Shown piece by piece: positions 1 through 12,466 of a stretch of DNA of 64,000 nt (positions are counted from its first letter, which is position 1; each line of letters begins with the position of its first letter). Source of the stretch: Neoconidiobolus thromboides FSU 785 (Eukaryota > Fungi > Entomophthoromycota). A model generated the notes under the pieces. The model made no database searches, was not told where the DNA came from, and was given only the letters and a program-made list of their open reading frames with translations. A program made the position numbers and the translations under genes. The DNA lies in the NCBI GenBank assembly GCA_025603075.1, contig MU626370.1:6034-70033 (forward strand), given 5' to 3'.

Positions 1-1410
1 GCTAACGAAATGGAATTAATCGAAGGAAAAGATTTTACTAATATTATTCAAGTGGATAATTTATTATCAGATACTAAATATGACTATAAAGTGGTTAAAA
101 ATGGAATTAATATATTTGATAAAGAGTATCATTTCATTACTCATCCTATACCATATTCTGAGAATAGCTTTTATTTTATGGCTGGTTCTTGTATTAAACG
201 TCAATTCCCTTATATCCCTGGAAATACTAAAGAACTAAAAGGAATTCAAAGTTTAAATCAACTAAAAGCCAACTTCTTTTTCTTTTTAGGGGATTTTATC
301 TATGCTGGTAAATTAGTTATATTCATTCTGTTTTATTATTTAATATAATTTTGTTTATTTTTAAATTACAGATGTGCCTATTTATTTAAGTTCTAGTTTA
401 AATACATATCGTATGTTTTATCGCCAAATTTATCAAGATCAAAATGTATTAAAATGGATTAATAATATGCCCCTTTTTCATATTTATGATGATCATGAAG
501 TGAGTTTTATAACAATAATAATGGATAATAATTTAGTTTAATTATAATTAGATTAAAAATAATTGGAACAAAAATTTAGAAGATCCATATCCTCAAGCGA
601 TAACAGCCTACTCTGAATATCAAGGATTAGGTCCATATATAGTTAATAATAACTCTGAATTACCAAAAACATATTATACAATGACATATGGCAATGTAAG
701 ATATTTTGTAATGGATACAAGACGCTACAGAACAATTGATAGTATGCTTGGTCAACAACAAAAGAGAGAGATGATTGATTATTTTTTAAAAGATCAAATT
801 AAATTTCAATTTAATTTTATTATATCATCTGTTCCTTTAACCCAAAATTGGCAAGGTTATGATCCAAAACAAGATACTTGGAAAGGCTATTTAAAAGAAA
901 GAGAAGAGATTTTATTGAATTTAAAAGATATCAATAATTTGTTTTTTATTTCAGGGGTAATTATTATTATTATTATATTATTGTTGTTTACATTGTTCTT
1001 AGGATCGACATGAATTAGCAGTAGTTAATCTACCTTATGATAAAATTGAATTTTCTTTATCACCTATCAATCAATTTTATGCTCCATTAACAACCTTTAA
1101 TACTCAAGATCCTAATTTGGACTCAACTATATTTTATCAACGACAAGGAAATAATAAATTTGGCCAATTCTATATTAATACAAAGCAAAATCAATCGATT
1201 TTAGCAACAATAGTTTATTCTGATAGATTAACTAAAAACAATTATTTTAAGGAAATAGATAGGTTTAATTCGACAACATTAAATGAAGCAAAAGTATTGT
1301 TTAATTTTGAATATTGGAAATATAAGGATGTAGAGCAATTTTTGGAAAAGGCTTTTAGTGCAAAGGAAATTTACCCAGTGTTTATTTTTTTATTTAATGG
1401 TAAAATGTAA
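1..1410 (+). CDS. PhoD-like (alkaline phosphatase D) metallophosphatase, spliced, probably 5'-truncated by window edge
   Basis: Joining ORFs across introns (308-371, 500-551, ~958-1001) gives AGSC, LGDFIYAD, IYDDHE, VMDTRRYR, DTWKGY..ER and SGDRH, the PhoD motif series. The frame is open from base 1. Confidence 0.85.
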
Positions 1411-2764
1411 TATTTTTTTGAATAATATTAAAAGAGTTATTTGTGTTGTTTGAGTTTTTAAGGGTTGTTTTTAAATATATTTTTATTTATTCTAAATAAT
1501 CAAGTAAATATTTAATAATAATGATAATAGGAATATCGATATTAAATTATAAATTCTATGATAATTCTATTAGAAAGATATAGAGCAAACAGCCAAAATT
1601 AAATTATAAACTAGATAGAGGCAGTAATAAATTTAAATTCTATTAATTTTTAAAATTGGGAAGTTAATTTCTTTAGAAACCCAGTTTTACTTGTCTACCT
1701 ATTCATGAAAAAGCGATGTTTATTTTTAAGAAAAATAGTATTAAAATATAAAAACATAAAATCAAGAAACATAACAGAGCATCTAATTATAAATATTTAA
1801 CCAATATAAACTTTGATTATGTATTTTTTATATATATTTATATTTATGAATAGATGAAATATACTTGTAAATACCACAAATCTGAATAATAAATGAGGAA
1901 TTGTTTGTAATAAAATATTAGAGTTATATTGAGGTTTTTTTAAAAATGTGGGTCTTAAATAAACTAAACGATCATGTTTTTTAAACATTGATAAAAAAAT
2001 AATAGTATAGTTATTTAATTTATTGCTTTGTAACATATATACTAAAAAGTAAAATAGAATAAAAAATAAACTTTCACAAAACTAATAATTAACAGATAAA
2101 TCACATATTAAAGTGTCAATAGTTGTATAACAAATTGATGAAAATAAAAGAATTATATTTTTTTAATGTAATTACTCAATTCTGTATTATATAATACATA
2201 AGATGAAATGACTATTTTAAATTTAATTTTATACCAAATAATAAAATAATATTATAATAAAAGAGCCAATAATAATAAAATAGGTTCCCGTACTATACAA
2301 ATAAATACAAAGACTAAAAATGTAATATATTAAATAAGTAACTTAATCTAAATGTTTCAATGTTTTAAAAAAGTATTACATTCAATGGTCATCAGACCAA
2401 AATTGATTCAGCTGATAAGATAAACTAATTAATTACATTTTAAAAAAACAGTGAAAAAGAGTAGTTACATAATAACATTAAGATAACAAACAATAAACAA
2501 CTATCTATTTTATAGTATAAAAAGTTAAAACACTGTTTATAGCGGAATAATAAAGCAATTGACAATACAGTCTCTATTAAATGACTTTGTATCTAATAAG
2601 ATTTAAATTAACATATTTGTAACTATTTGATATAATAACCAAGTTAGTTTAGATCATTGTTTAAAATGTTCTTATCTCATCAATATATATAATAGCATTT
2701 AACAAAAACATATCAAAATTTATTTTTTACATTATATCATTTTATCTTATTTCAATCTTAAACA

Positions 2765-3805
2765 ATGCCATTAACACCAGGTCAAAGTATACAAATAGTA
2801 ATAGCGGTGATAGGTTTAATATTAAATTTACTTGTAGGCTGGGTAGTAAGCTATGGTTTAAAATTAAAGAGTACGGATTTAGTATTGATATTAATCATTG
2901 CTATTGGAGATAGTTATTATTACTTACATAATATAATACGAATGGTATTAGTAGGTACTGGTTATTTAATAGTGAATCCTAAAATACTGAACCCCACTCC
3001 TAGTTGGTGGTGTCATTTCGATGCTACTGTTGATATGACAGTCTATTTATTTTGTATTGAATTAGTAGCTATCTTGAGTTTTATGCGTTATTTAAGTATT
3101 TGTAAAAAAATGACATATAATCCAAAATTATGGTATGGTTTAAGTTTACTATCTTTTCTCTCTAATCTTGGGTTTTCATTAGCTTATATTATTAATGGAT
3201 TTTATAAATGGTCAGATACTGAACTAGTCTGTGTGCCTACAAAAAACCCAGAGACTTGGGATAATTTATTTGAAACTTACTATTATTTAACATTTGGTAC
3301 TTATGTTGTACGTTCCATTATTTCTTTATTAGTGATTTCATTTTCGTATTTTAACATGACTTCGTCTTATTATCAAGTGATATCCTCCTCTGGCACCATG
3401 CTATTGAAAGATGCCAATTCATCTACTCATGTTGAACAAACAAATCCAGCAGTTCAAACCTCACGCTATGTTTCTAATAATATTGAGCAAGATTATACAA
3501 GTCAACAAAAGATCATACGTAATCAAAAATGGCTAACAGTAATTAAATTAATGGGTGCTGTTTTCGCTTATTCTATCTCTGTGATCCCAGATATGGTTTT
3601 AAATATATTAATTCTTTTATCCAATAATTTAATTAATTTAAATATTGATTATACCATTCCTGTGGTCACTAGTCTGCTATTAAGTTGTTATGGTTTGATT
3701 AATGCAGTATTTGTGTTGTCGTCGCATGACCCTTCAAGACGTTATTTGTTATTTAAAATGGAGTGTTTAATCACTGATTTTAAAGTTCTATTAAATTTGG
3801 GATAG
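2765..3805 (+). CDS. Intronless 7TM receptor, class A (rhodopsin-like) GPCR-like
   Basis: Seven hydrophobic segments; Cys at top of TM3 (WWCHF), MRY at end of TM3 (DRY-like), ECL2 Cys (VCVP), TM7 INAVFVL. Confidence 0.7.
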   Translation: MPLTPGQSIQIVIAVIGLILNLLVGWVVSYGLKLKSTDLVLILIIAIGDSYYYLHNIIRMVLVGTGYLIVNPKILNPTPSWWCHFDATVDMTVYLFCIELVAILSFMRYLSICKKMTYNPKLWYGLSLLSFLSNLGFSLAYIINGFYKWSDTELVCVPTKNPETWDNLFETYYYLTFGTYVVRSIISLLVISFSYFNMTSSYYQVISSSGTMLLKDANSSTHVEQTNPAVQTSRYVSNNIEQDYTSQQKIIRNQKWLTVIKLMGAVFAYSISVIPDMVLNILILLSNNLINLNIDYTIPVVTSLLLSCYGLINAVFVLSSHDPSRRYLLFKMECLITDFKVLLNLG

Positions 3806-4272
3806 TTTCAAGTCTTTTTATATCTTTGAAGCTTCAACGGTGTATTTGAATCTGTTTAATATTAATATAGCAATATCACAATTTTATGGCTCAAAATTTG
3901 ATGTTTAAAAAAATAAAAAATAAAGTTGTTATTTTATTTTTATATTAAAATATATCATTATCATATAATAAAGAGTTATTAAATAAGTATCGATATTGCT
4001 GTTAAATTTTATAACAATGATAACTTAAACTAACTTAGTATATTTTTTTATTTTAATTTTATAAATCATTAGAGTATTTGACATTAATTTACATATATAT
4101 TTATAATATAAGACTCTACTTTAAATCTAAAAAATTATCATTTGTCAATATTTTTAATGATCTTAAATAAAAAATAAAATGTAGCATTCTTATATGTTAG
4201 CCAGTGTACCTTCAATTTTTTAAGTGCAATAAAATTAATAAATTAAATAAAAAAATTACAATAATATATTAA

Positions 4273-4344
4273 TCTCGGGTAGTATAGTGGTGAGTATCCC
4301 CGCCTGTCACGCGGGAGACCGGGGTTCAATTCCCCGCTCGAGAG
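4273..4344 (+). tRNA. tRNA-Asp(GTC)
   Basis: Acceptor TCTCGGG/CTCGAGA, anticodon loop CT-GTC-AC, GGTTCAATTCC T-arm, downstream T-run. Confidence 0.97.
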
Positions 4345-4550
4345 TATATCACTTTTCTTTTATGAAATCAAACACAACGGGATAGCTATTTTAAAACAAG
4401 TAGTGACATTTGATGTAATAGTTTTATAAAGACATACAAAATGATTGATTTGTTATTTAAACAGTATTAAAAATTCATTGTTTGACTTCAAATATTGATT
4501 TAAAAACTTTCAGGTTTAAAATGATAAACGAGTTATTTTTGAGTTAATAT

Positions 4551-4649
4551 GAGAAAGTATTTTTTGTTTAAGGATTTTACTAGCAATCTTTTCACTCAAA
4601 TAGCCTCTAAAAAATGGAAAAAGTAATGAAATCGAAAAAAACATCCCCC
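4551..4649. mobile_element. MITE copy (~97-bp family), diverged ends
   Basis: Matches family core (TTTTACTAGCAA..CACTCAAATAGC..AAAAAATGGAAAAAGTAATGAAA..AAAAAAACATCCCC); 5' flank ATAT, 3' flank degenerate. Confidence 0.8.
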
Positions 4650-5009
4650 TATTATTATCATTTAATAAACAATAAAACACCAGGAGAGTGTTATAGGATA
4701 GGGAGAGTATTTTTTAGCAAACAATTTAATTTTGTTTGTTTAACTATATAAAAAGATTTCTATGTAAACTAGGTGTGTTGTAGCTTATTCAAACAGTTAT
4801 ACTTTTTTAATTCGGTTCTACTGCTTTTTTTATTAATTTTTATTCTCTTTCTTTTATTATATTGTATTAACCTTATTATTAAAAATAAAGTTTTGAAACT
4901 AATTTTCACAAACAACTCAATAGCTTCTAATTGTCAAAAGAAAAAATTAAATACGCATCACCATCAATTAACTCCACTTTTAAAAAGCTAAAATTGAGCA
5001 ATAGTAAAT

Positions 5010-5108
5010 GGGGCTGTTTTTTTTAGTTTCATTACTTTTTCCATTTTTTAAGCACTATTTGAGTGGAAAATTTGTTAGTAAAATTCTTAAACACAAAAAT
5101 ACATCCTC
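5010..5108. mobile_element. MITE copy, TSD AAAT
   Basis: AAAT|GGGGCTGTTTTT...AAAAATACATCCTC|AAAT. Confidence 0.9.
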
Positions 5109-5499
5109 AAATAATGGTGTATTATACTATAAAATAATGCTTAAGTAAGCTTTAATTTTACTAACAAAATAAAAATACTTTTCTTTAAGGGCTTAAATTA
5201 AAAACTTAAATTAAAAACTAGCAATAGTAATAGTATAAATTTGAGCTATAACCAATTTATTTTTTAATATATTTTATTTATTATTAGCATATAAATATAG
5301 GTTCTATAAAGAACAGTAATCAATTTTACTTAATGTTTTAATAAAATAAGGTCACTAAACTTCTAAATAAAGAAATATCCAATCCAAGGTTTAAATTGCA
5401 AAAACCTAAGTTCCAGCTTTTTAATTTAGTCTCAAGCACCTTTTAAACCAAAAGTACGATTTAGTCTAAAGAAAGAGATTCAAATATCAAGTACTTAGG

Positions 5500-8481
5500 A
5501 TGGAAGAGTTAGAAAATTATTTTGAAATTGATAAATCGTTACAATTTGCTGAAGAAAATAGCCAAAATTCGGAAAAATTTCATCAACCTAGTCCAAGATA
5601 TAATGAGCACATTGATTATGGAGAAATTGAAAAGATTAAAGTGGTAGGTCGAGGTGTTTTTGGTAAAGTTTATAGGTGTCGATATCGAGCTCAAATTTAT
5701 GCTTTAAAAACATTAACCAATTCCTTGATGTTAACTTCAAAAGAAAAGGAACGTCATGTTCAAAGTTTAAAATTAGAAGCAAGAGCTTTATCACAGATTC
5801 GAGTATGTGATTATGTGATTGAATTAGCAGGCACCTGTTTAGATAAATCAAACCAAATTTGTATCCTTATGGAATATGTACATGGGCCTAATATGCACCA
5901 ATTTATGGAAAATTTTCACCATCGTTTACCTTGGAAAAAGAAAGAAGCTTTAGCTTGGGAAATAGCAGCTGGGGTAACTTTTATTCATGATAGAAATATT
6001 TTACATCGAGATTTAAAATCAGATAATATCCTTATCTCCTTATCTCCTTTATCTGATACTGAAAAATTAGAAGTGGATATCTCTGATTTAATTAAGTGTG
6101 AACCAAACTTACAACATATCCATGCCAAAATTGCTGATTTTGGTATTTGTAAAATCACCAATGAAACTTATTCAACCAAAGAATCCTTCCGTGGGGCTGG
6201 TTCTCCACCTTGGATGGCACCAGAATTGTGTATGGATGAAACTTTGGTACCGACAAAACAGAGTGATGTTTATAGTTTAGGTTGGATCCTTTGGGAATTA
6301 GCTGTCTCAGATGGTCGTCGACCTTATGAAGGGCATACTATGAACCAAATCTTCCAATTTAAAGTTTCTGGTTATGTAGAACCTTTACCAAATGAAATTC
6401 CAGAATATTATAGGGAATTGGTCATTGCTTGTACTTCTTACGAACCTTTGGACCGTCCCTTTGCTGGCCAAGTAATGGAAACAATTCGAGATGAACAAGA
6501 AGCGGATAATGGGGAAGACGAATTAATCGGCTATTATGAAACGTTCGGACAATTGCATGGTACTCACAACTTTCATCCTACTCGATTGTCCAATGTCAAT
6601 GATGTTAGTATGCCAAAAGATAGAGCATTTGGTGGTGAATCAAAGGGGATCAATTTAGCTTCTGAGGCTTCTTTAAAAGAGTTTACAACTCCAGAAAAAA
6701 AAGAAGCACTCTTAGAAAGTTTAGCTAAAAAATGCGTTGAAAATGATTTTACAGCTCGTACGGATATGCTAATACTCTTTGGTATAAGAGCAGATACCGA
6801 AGCTATCTTATTATGTGGTATGGGGGATTGTTATAGTTCTGGATCCCATGGATTTACTAATATTGTTCGAGCGATTATATGCTATGAAAATTCAGCAAGT
6901 TTAAATTATTCCCCAGCTATCTGTAAGCTAGGTTTATGTTATCGAGATGGTATAGGAAAGCAACAATCCATTACTAAAGCTATTCAATGTTTCGAAATGG
7001 CAGCTGAATTGGATGATCCTATTGCTCAATGCTGCCTTGGTGAATGCTATACTTTAGGGATTGGGGTTGACCAAGATTTTCAAATGGCTTTGCAATTTTT
7101 TGAACTTTCAGCGGGTAAAGATAATTCAGATGCTCAAATGCAATTAGGTAAATGTTACTATAATGGGCTTGGGGTTAAAGTAGATACTAATAAAGCTCAC
7201 AATTATTTTATGCTTGCTGCTTCACAAGATCATCCAGAAGCACAATATATCCTCGGTGTAATGTATGCCCAAGGGATTTCTAAACCACCTAATAAGGTTG
7301 AATCTTTTAACTTTTTCCTTAAGGCTGCCTTACTAGATCACCCAGAAGCACAGAATAATGTTGGTAGCTGTTATTATTTTGGAAGAGGAGTAGAAAAAGA
7401 TTATGTTAAAGCAACAGAGTGGTTTTTTAAAGCTGCATCCCAAGACTCAGCTTCAGCACAAAACAACTTAGGTCATTGTTATGAGATGGGCCATGGAGTA
7501 GAAATGAACACTTCAGAAGCATTTAATTGGTTTCAAAAAGCAGCGAACAACCATCATCCAGGGGCACAAAATTCATTAGCTAATTTTTATATGGCAGGGC
7601 GAGCAGCACCCAAATCGCCTTTTTTGGCATTTGAATGGTATAGTAAATCAGCGGAAAAAAACCATCCAAGAGGGCAAAAAAATCTTGCACTTTGCTATTA
7701 TGAAGGAGTGGGCACAGCAAAAGATTATAAAGAAGCGTATTATTGGTATACAAAGGCAGCTGAACAAGGTAATGTTGATGCTATGATGAAATTAGGCAAA
7801 TTGGCTAGCAATGGAGAAGGCGTAACTGCTGATTATTCGCTTGCTTTTTATTGGTATAACAGAGCAGCTGAGACGAGTGATCCAAATGCACAAATTGCAG
7901 TAGGTAAATGTTATTTAAGAGGAAAGGGGGTGCCTAAAAACCTCGATGATGGATTTTTATGGATCTCTAAAGCAGCTTCACAAGATAATATGACAGCTAT
8001 CACTTACCTTGGTATTTGCTTTTTAAATGGCCATGGATGTACTAAAAATCCTATCAAAGCTTATCAATGCTTCTTAAAGGCATCTACTATGGGATCAGCC
8101 CAAGCTAGTTTTAATCTCGGTGATTTGTATCGTAAGGGAGTTGGTACGCCAAATGGCTCTGATTTGTTAAAAGCAGTCGAATATTACGAAAGAGCAGCAA
8201 GTAAACGCCATGCTATGGCCTTGTTTTATCTTGGAGTATGTTATCATCGTGGGTTAGGGGCAGGTACGGATTTAAGTAAATCTATCAATTATCTTAAAGA
8301 ATCCATATCGTTGGGATGTAAAGAAGCGGAGTATTATTTAGAAAAAGTCAAGGCATTGAATAGTAGTCCAAATGTTAAAAATAGCATAGAAAATAAAAGA
8401 CAACTTCATCCAGGTCGACCACCATCACCAACAGGTAACAATGTAGAAAACCACAAAGACAAAGACTGCCTTATTTTATAG
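5500..8481 (+). CDS. TKL-type protein kinase + 14 SEL1-like repeats + C-terminal CaaX (CLIL), paralogue 1
   Basis: GRGVFGKV, ALK, HRDLKSDN, DFG, WMAPE; 14 ~36-aa SEL1 repeats; ends DCLIL*; single exon. Confidence 0.93.
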   Translation: MEELENYFEIDKSLQFAEENSQNSEKFHQPSPRYNEHIDYGEIEKIKVVGRGVFGKVYRCRYRAQIYALKTLTNSLMLTSKEKERHVQSLKLEARALSQIRVCDYVIELAGTCLDKSNQICILMEYVHGPNMHQFMENFHHRLPWKKKEALAWEIAAGVTFIHDRNILHRDLKSDNILISLSPLSDTEKLEVDISDLIKCEPNLQHIHAKIADFGICKITNETYSTKESFRGAGSPPWMAPELCMDETLVPTKQSDVYSLGWILWELAVSDGRRPYEGHTMNQIFQFKVSGYVEPLPNEIPEYYRELVIACTSYEPLDRPFAGQVMETIRDEQEADNGEDELIGYYETFGQLHGTHNFHPTRLSNVNDVSMPKDRAFGGESKGINLASEASLKEFTTPEKKEALLESLAKKCVENDFTARTDMLILFGIRADTEAILLCGMGDCYSSGSHGFTNIVRAIICYENSASLNYSPAICKLGLCYRDGIGKQQSITKAIQCFEMAAELDDPIAQCCLGECYTLGIGVDQDFQMALQFFELSAGKDNSDAQMQLGKCYYNGLGVKVDTNKAHNYFMLAASQDHPEAQYILGVMYAQGISKPPNKVESFNFFLKAALLDHPEAQNNVGSCYYFGRGVEKDYVKATEWFFKAASQDSASAQNNLGHCYEMGHGVEMNTSEAFNWFQKAANNHHPGAQNSLANFYMAGRAAPKSPFLAFEWYSKSAEKNHPRGQKNLALCYYEGVGTAKDYKEAYYWYTKAAEQGNVDAMMKLGKLASNGEGVTADYSLAFYWYNRAAETSDPNAQIAVGKCYLRGKGVPKNLDDGFLWISKAASQDNMTAITYLGICFLNGHGCTKNPIKAYQCFLKASTMGSAQASFNLGDLYRKGVGTPNGSDLLKAVEYYERAASKRHAMALFYLGVCYHRGLGAGTDLSKSINYLKESISLGCKEAEYYLEKVKALNSSPNVKNSIENKRQLHPGRPPSPTGNNVENHKDKDCLIL

Positions 8482-8995
8482 TCTAATGGGGTCTATTTTG
8501 CTATTACTAACCTTTTTAAATATTGTTGTTGTTAAGTATGAGAACTTTTGATTTAGTATTATTTTTAATATAAATTAATTAACTATTTTATTATAATATT
8601 TTATTTTATAATATTTTATAATATGGGGTTGTCTGAACTAGTTTCATTATTTTATTCAATTTTTAAATATTTTGTATTTTAAAAACTTCGCTTAAAACTC
8701 TATGAAATAATTTTTTTATTAAAACAAAAGTACCCTGACACAGTTCTAAACCATTCTATTATAATTTGTACTCTAAGTTGGCTGAATTTCTACTAGATCT
8801 TAAATATATATTCTTATAAAACTTTATTGAGGAACGTTTATTATTGACTCCTTTATAACCAACATTGCAGATTTGTTATCAGATAAATAAACTATTTTAA
8901 TGTTATAATTACATTATTAATATATTGCCAAGTCAATAAATAGCTATATGAGAGGGAGTGGTTAGCCCCAAAACTATAATTAACCATCCCTATAT

Positions 8996-9090
8996 GGGAG
9001 TGTTTTGACTTCACTATTTTTTCCATTTTTTAAGCGCTATTTAAGCGGAAATTTTGTTAGTAAAATTCTTAAACACAAAAATACATCCCC
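8996..9090. mobile_element. MITE copy, TSD ATAT
   Basis: ATAT|GGGAGTGTTTT...AAAAATACATCCCC|ATAT. Confidence 0.9.
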
Positions 9091-9192
9091 ATATATTACA
9101 AATAATATAATAATAGTTTTTACTTATTATTGCAACTACTTATTGACTATTTATTAACTTAGCTATTAATAACTTAAGTAATATCAACATTT

Positions 9193-9287
9193 GAGGATGT
9201 GTTTTCTTGTTTAAGAATTTTACTAACAATCTTTCCACTCAAATAGCGCTTAAAAAATGGAAAAATAATAAAACTAAAAACAGCCCC
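9193..9287. mobile_element. MITE copy, TSD ATTT
   Basis: ATTT|GAGGATGTGTTTT...AAAAACAGCCCC|ATTT. Confidence 0.9.
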
Positions 9288-9289
9288 AT

Positions 9290-10860
9290 TTAATAGTCTA
9301 TTTCTATCATTTAACAAACTACTTACTTGCTTAGTAAATATCGAAAATTTTAAATTCTCTGTTATTTTCGTAGGGTAAGCTGGGATTAATCTTTTAATTT
9401 TTGTATTTTCTATAGACCCTATGATTCCAATTGGAGCTATATCGCTTTTTTGATGTATTAAATACTGGATAACAATGCAGTTTATTGCATGTTTAATAAA
9501 ATCTAGATACTTCTTAATGCCTTGTATCTCTATTATTTTGTGTTTTTGTTTCTTTCATACTTTTTAAAAATTATATCTGTTTTCCCATTATCAATAGTCA
9601 AGTTATTAATTTTACCATGTTCACAAGTAAAAGTCTCAAACCTTGAAATTAATTGATTGATGTTTTCTATTTTACCTGATGCTTCAAAACTATTTTCCCA
9701 TTTTGAAAGATTCCCAAAATGTCCATCAACTATACTTTTTCCATCATGCTCAGCAAAAAAATTAAGGTCAACGTTCAAACTACTATTCATTTTAGGAATT
9801 TGTTTAAATATATAATGTAGGAACTCTTGAGATTTAAAATGATTTCCTGTACCTGCCCATATATCAATTTTTGTAAACTTTTTAAAAAGCTCTGTAGAGA
9901 TTAAATCAATTAAAAAACCTCCTGCATATCCTGAATCATGATTCAATATTTCAGATAAATAATCAAAATAAACTTTGCCTATTGTTTTATCATCTTTTAA
10001 ATATAATACACCAAAGCCTAATACTGATATAGCTTGTTTATTATGATGATCTAGATTTATTGAATCTGGTCTTGTTCCTATTTCCATATTTTGTTTAAAA
10101 TCTAAAATCATTATACAACTTCTATTATTTAATTTTTAATAGTTTCATTAAATGTGTTTTTTTGAGTATCAACACATAATTCATCTAATTTGTATAATTT
10201 TTCTTCATTGAAAATTTCTTCTACCTCTGCTTTGTTTTTTATTACTGTATTTATTTTATTTTCAAACAACTTTTTTCTAACTGTATACTGGGCATATATA
10301 TTACATGAATATGTTTTTTTACATTTTTGAAATTATTTGGTATATGTTTAAAAAAGGTTGACCTAGCTACTACTTTATCTTTTAAATCATTAAAATATTT
10401 ACTATATGAGAATGTATTTTTATGTTTAAGAACTTTACTAACAATTCTTTCGCTCAAATAGTGCTTAAAAAATGGAAAAATAATGAAACCAAAAAAAACA
10501 TCTCCATATATCATTCTTCTACTTTTTACTTTTATTTAATATATATTATCTGACGAATATTTACTATCATTATTTTTTTATTAAATCTTAATGAAATAGT
10601 TGAATTATTTAGTCAATGTTGTATAATAGTTTGAATTTGGTCATCTTTAATTTTTTTGTATTTTTAATAATAGGTTGTAACATTGATATTTTATTACTAT
10701 TATTATTTATCTTTGAACAATTATATTGATTTCTATTTATATTAAACCCAAAACTTTTACACTCATCAAAAGAATATACTGAAGCTGTAGTTGATAATAA
10801 CGCTACTTGTTGATCTTTATTCTCTGTTTTCCTTAATGTACTAATTTTATACATTATTCG
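9290..10860 (-). pseudogene. Decayed DNA-transposon DDD transposase, Sola-like, frameshifted and MITE-interrupted
   Basis: ORF pieces 10609-10854, 10251-10407 and 9533-10111, plus a shifted frame to ~9290. Motifs ILDFKQN, IWA(G)TGNHFKSQEF, FFAEHDGKSIVDGHFG and IEIQGIKKYLDF; ICPV appears in a shifted frame. Confidence 0.7.
10408..10505. mobile_element. MITE copy inside transposase pseudogene, TSD ATAT
   Basis: ATAT|GAGAATGTATTTTT...AAAAAAACATCTCC|ATAT. Confidence 0.9.
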
Positions 10861-11427
10861 TTAAGTTTATTATTATCGATAGTAAACTTTGATAATATAT
10901 CTTTTCTTTGTTTTGTTTTATTATAAGATTCCATAAACACTGGGTTGTTATAATTAGCTCTTAATTAATGTAAATAAATTACAATGTTTATATTGTGTAC
11001 TCCTCCCTATTGTATTGAAATTTTCAAAAATTCCATTTCAAAGTTTAGTTATGAAGTTTGCATTTTATTTTTATTTCACCAAAAAATAAAGTCAAATAAC
11101 TCTATTTATACAATTATATAGTTATACATTATATATTTACTAAACATTTAACATAAGTAACATGAAACATATAATTAGGAAAGTTAGCTATTTAAGAAAA
11201 GGAAACAATTAAAATAAGTTTTAAATAAAGATTAAATTTAGGCTTTTTAGATTTAACCGTTGCATTAGACACAAATTTAAAAACTTAAAATTTGGATTAA
11301 CTTCTAAATTCTGAAACCAATTTGGACAACCTCATATTTTAATTGGCTATTAGCTAAGTCATGTTTTTCAGCTTATATAAAATAAAATTGATTACATATT
11401 TCTTTTAAACATGATTGCAGTAAAAAG

Positions 11428-12030
11428 ATGGGATCAGCTAGTAGCTTGCAAGTAGAAGAAAAACAAAATAGATTTCGCGTAATAACTCAAGTAATAAAGG
11501 ACAACTATAACCAAACAGATCTTCCAACTTATTACAATCTAAGAATAACACAAACAGAACATAATTTTGAAATGGAGCTAATACTAAAAGAAGAATTTCT
11601 TATTAATCAAGGTAACTTAATACGTATTTCATGTTAATCCTTTAATCTTAATAAAAACATTCAAGTATTTAATGAGCAATTTAACAACCATCTACAGTTT
11701 GGTAACCCCAGAAAGTTTACTTTTAGTTTACTTGATGTTAGTGGAAATTTAGGTCTTAATGAAGACTATGCACCTATCGCAACTGAAATTCATTATGGAC
11801 AAAAATATAGGTTTGAGTTGGATGAACATTCGGAAGAAAACAAAGCAAGACTTAAAAGCTATAGTAAAATTAAGTCTTACTTCAGTAATTTTAATTATTA
11901 CTAGATTATCGATACCGAAACCTGTCTAATTGTGGTGCTCTAAATACTTGGGGATCTAACTCTTTGAGTACTGTAAATGGGCCATCGGGATCCACTTCTT
12001 GGTTGGATTCTAAACTTAAAATTTCCGTAA
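11428..12030 (+). CDS. Hypothetical spliced protein (~170 aa) with N-myristoylation motif MGSASS
   Basis: Frame is restored by intron 11612-11665 (GTAACT..CAAG) and a possible intron 11864-11904. Without the second splice the ORF ends at 11904. Confidence 0.55.
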
Positions 12031-12466
12031 TTGTTTCAGCCACTATTATAAGTAAAGAATGGTTATTTATTTGTTATCCTATTTTGTTTACGATAATAAT
12101 ATTTCCTTTTGTTCAACTTTTTTACTGTTATCAATTATAAAAAATGAAGATATTGCTCACTAAAGCTAAGCCATATTTAAATAATAGTACTGAATACTAA
12201 TAATAAATGAAAGTCCAAATAACATCTATAGCACTGAACTCTTTTAAAAAAATAAAGCTTACCATCATATTACAATCTATTAACTATTGAGACGAATATA
12301 AGTTTAAAATACATGAACCCACTTGAAACCTAAATTTTTATTTATTTATTTATTTTCATAATCCCTGGTACCGTAAATGAATTAGTAATAAAAATATAAA
12401 AGGCCGTTACTATACTCTAACTTAAATAAATCGTTTTGATAAATTAGAACTGTCCTCTATCACACT

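Noticed and set aside
1797-2036. Short AT-rich ORFs in spacers (also 4773-4991, 39434-39652, 47355-47552, 51225-51464, 54211-54438)
   Set aside because: Ile/Leu/Phe/Lys-biased translations expected from AT-rich non-coding DNA, with no motifs.
5636-6280. ORFs nested in or antisense to real genes (also 17364, 18294, 19999, 26041, 26707, 27662, 32589-33998 set, 36560, 36600, 46055, 46072, 50624, 50682)
   Set aside because: Shadow frames of well-supported CDSs with no independent evidence.
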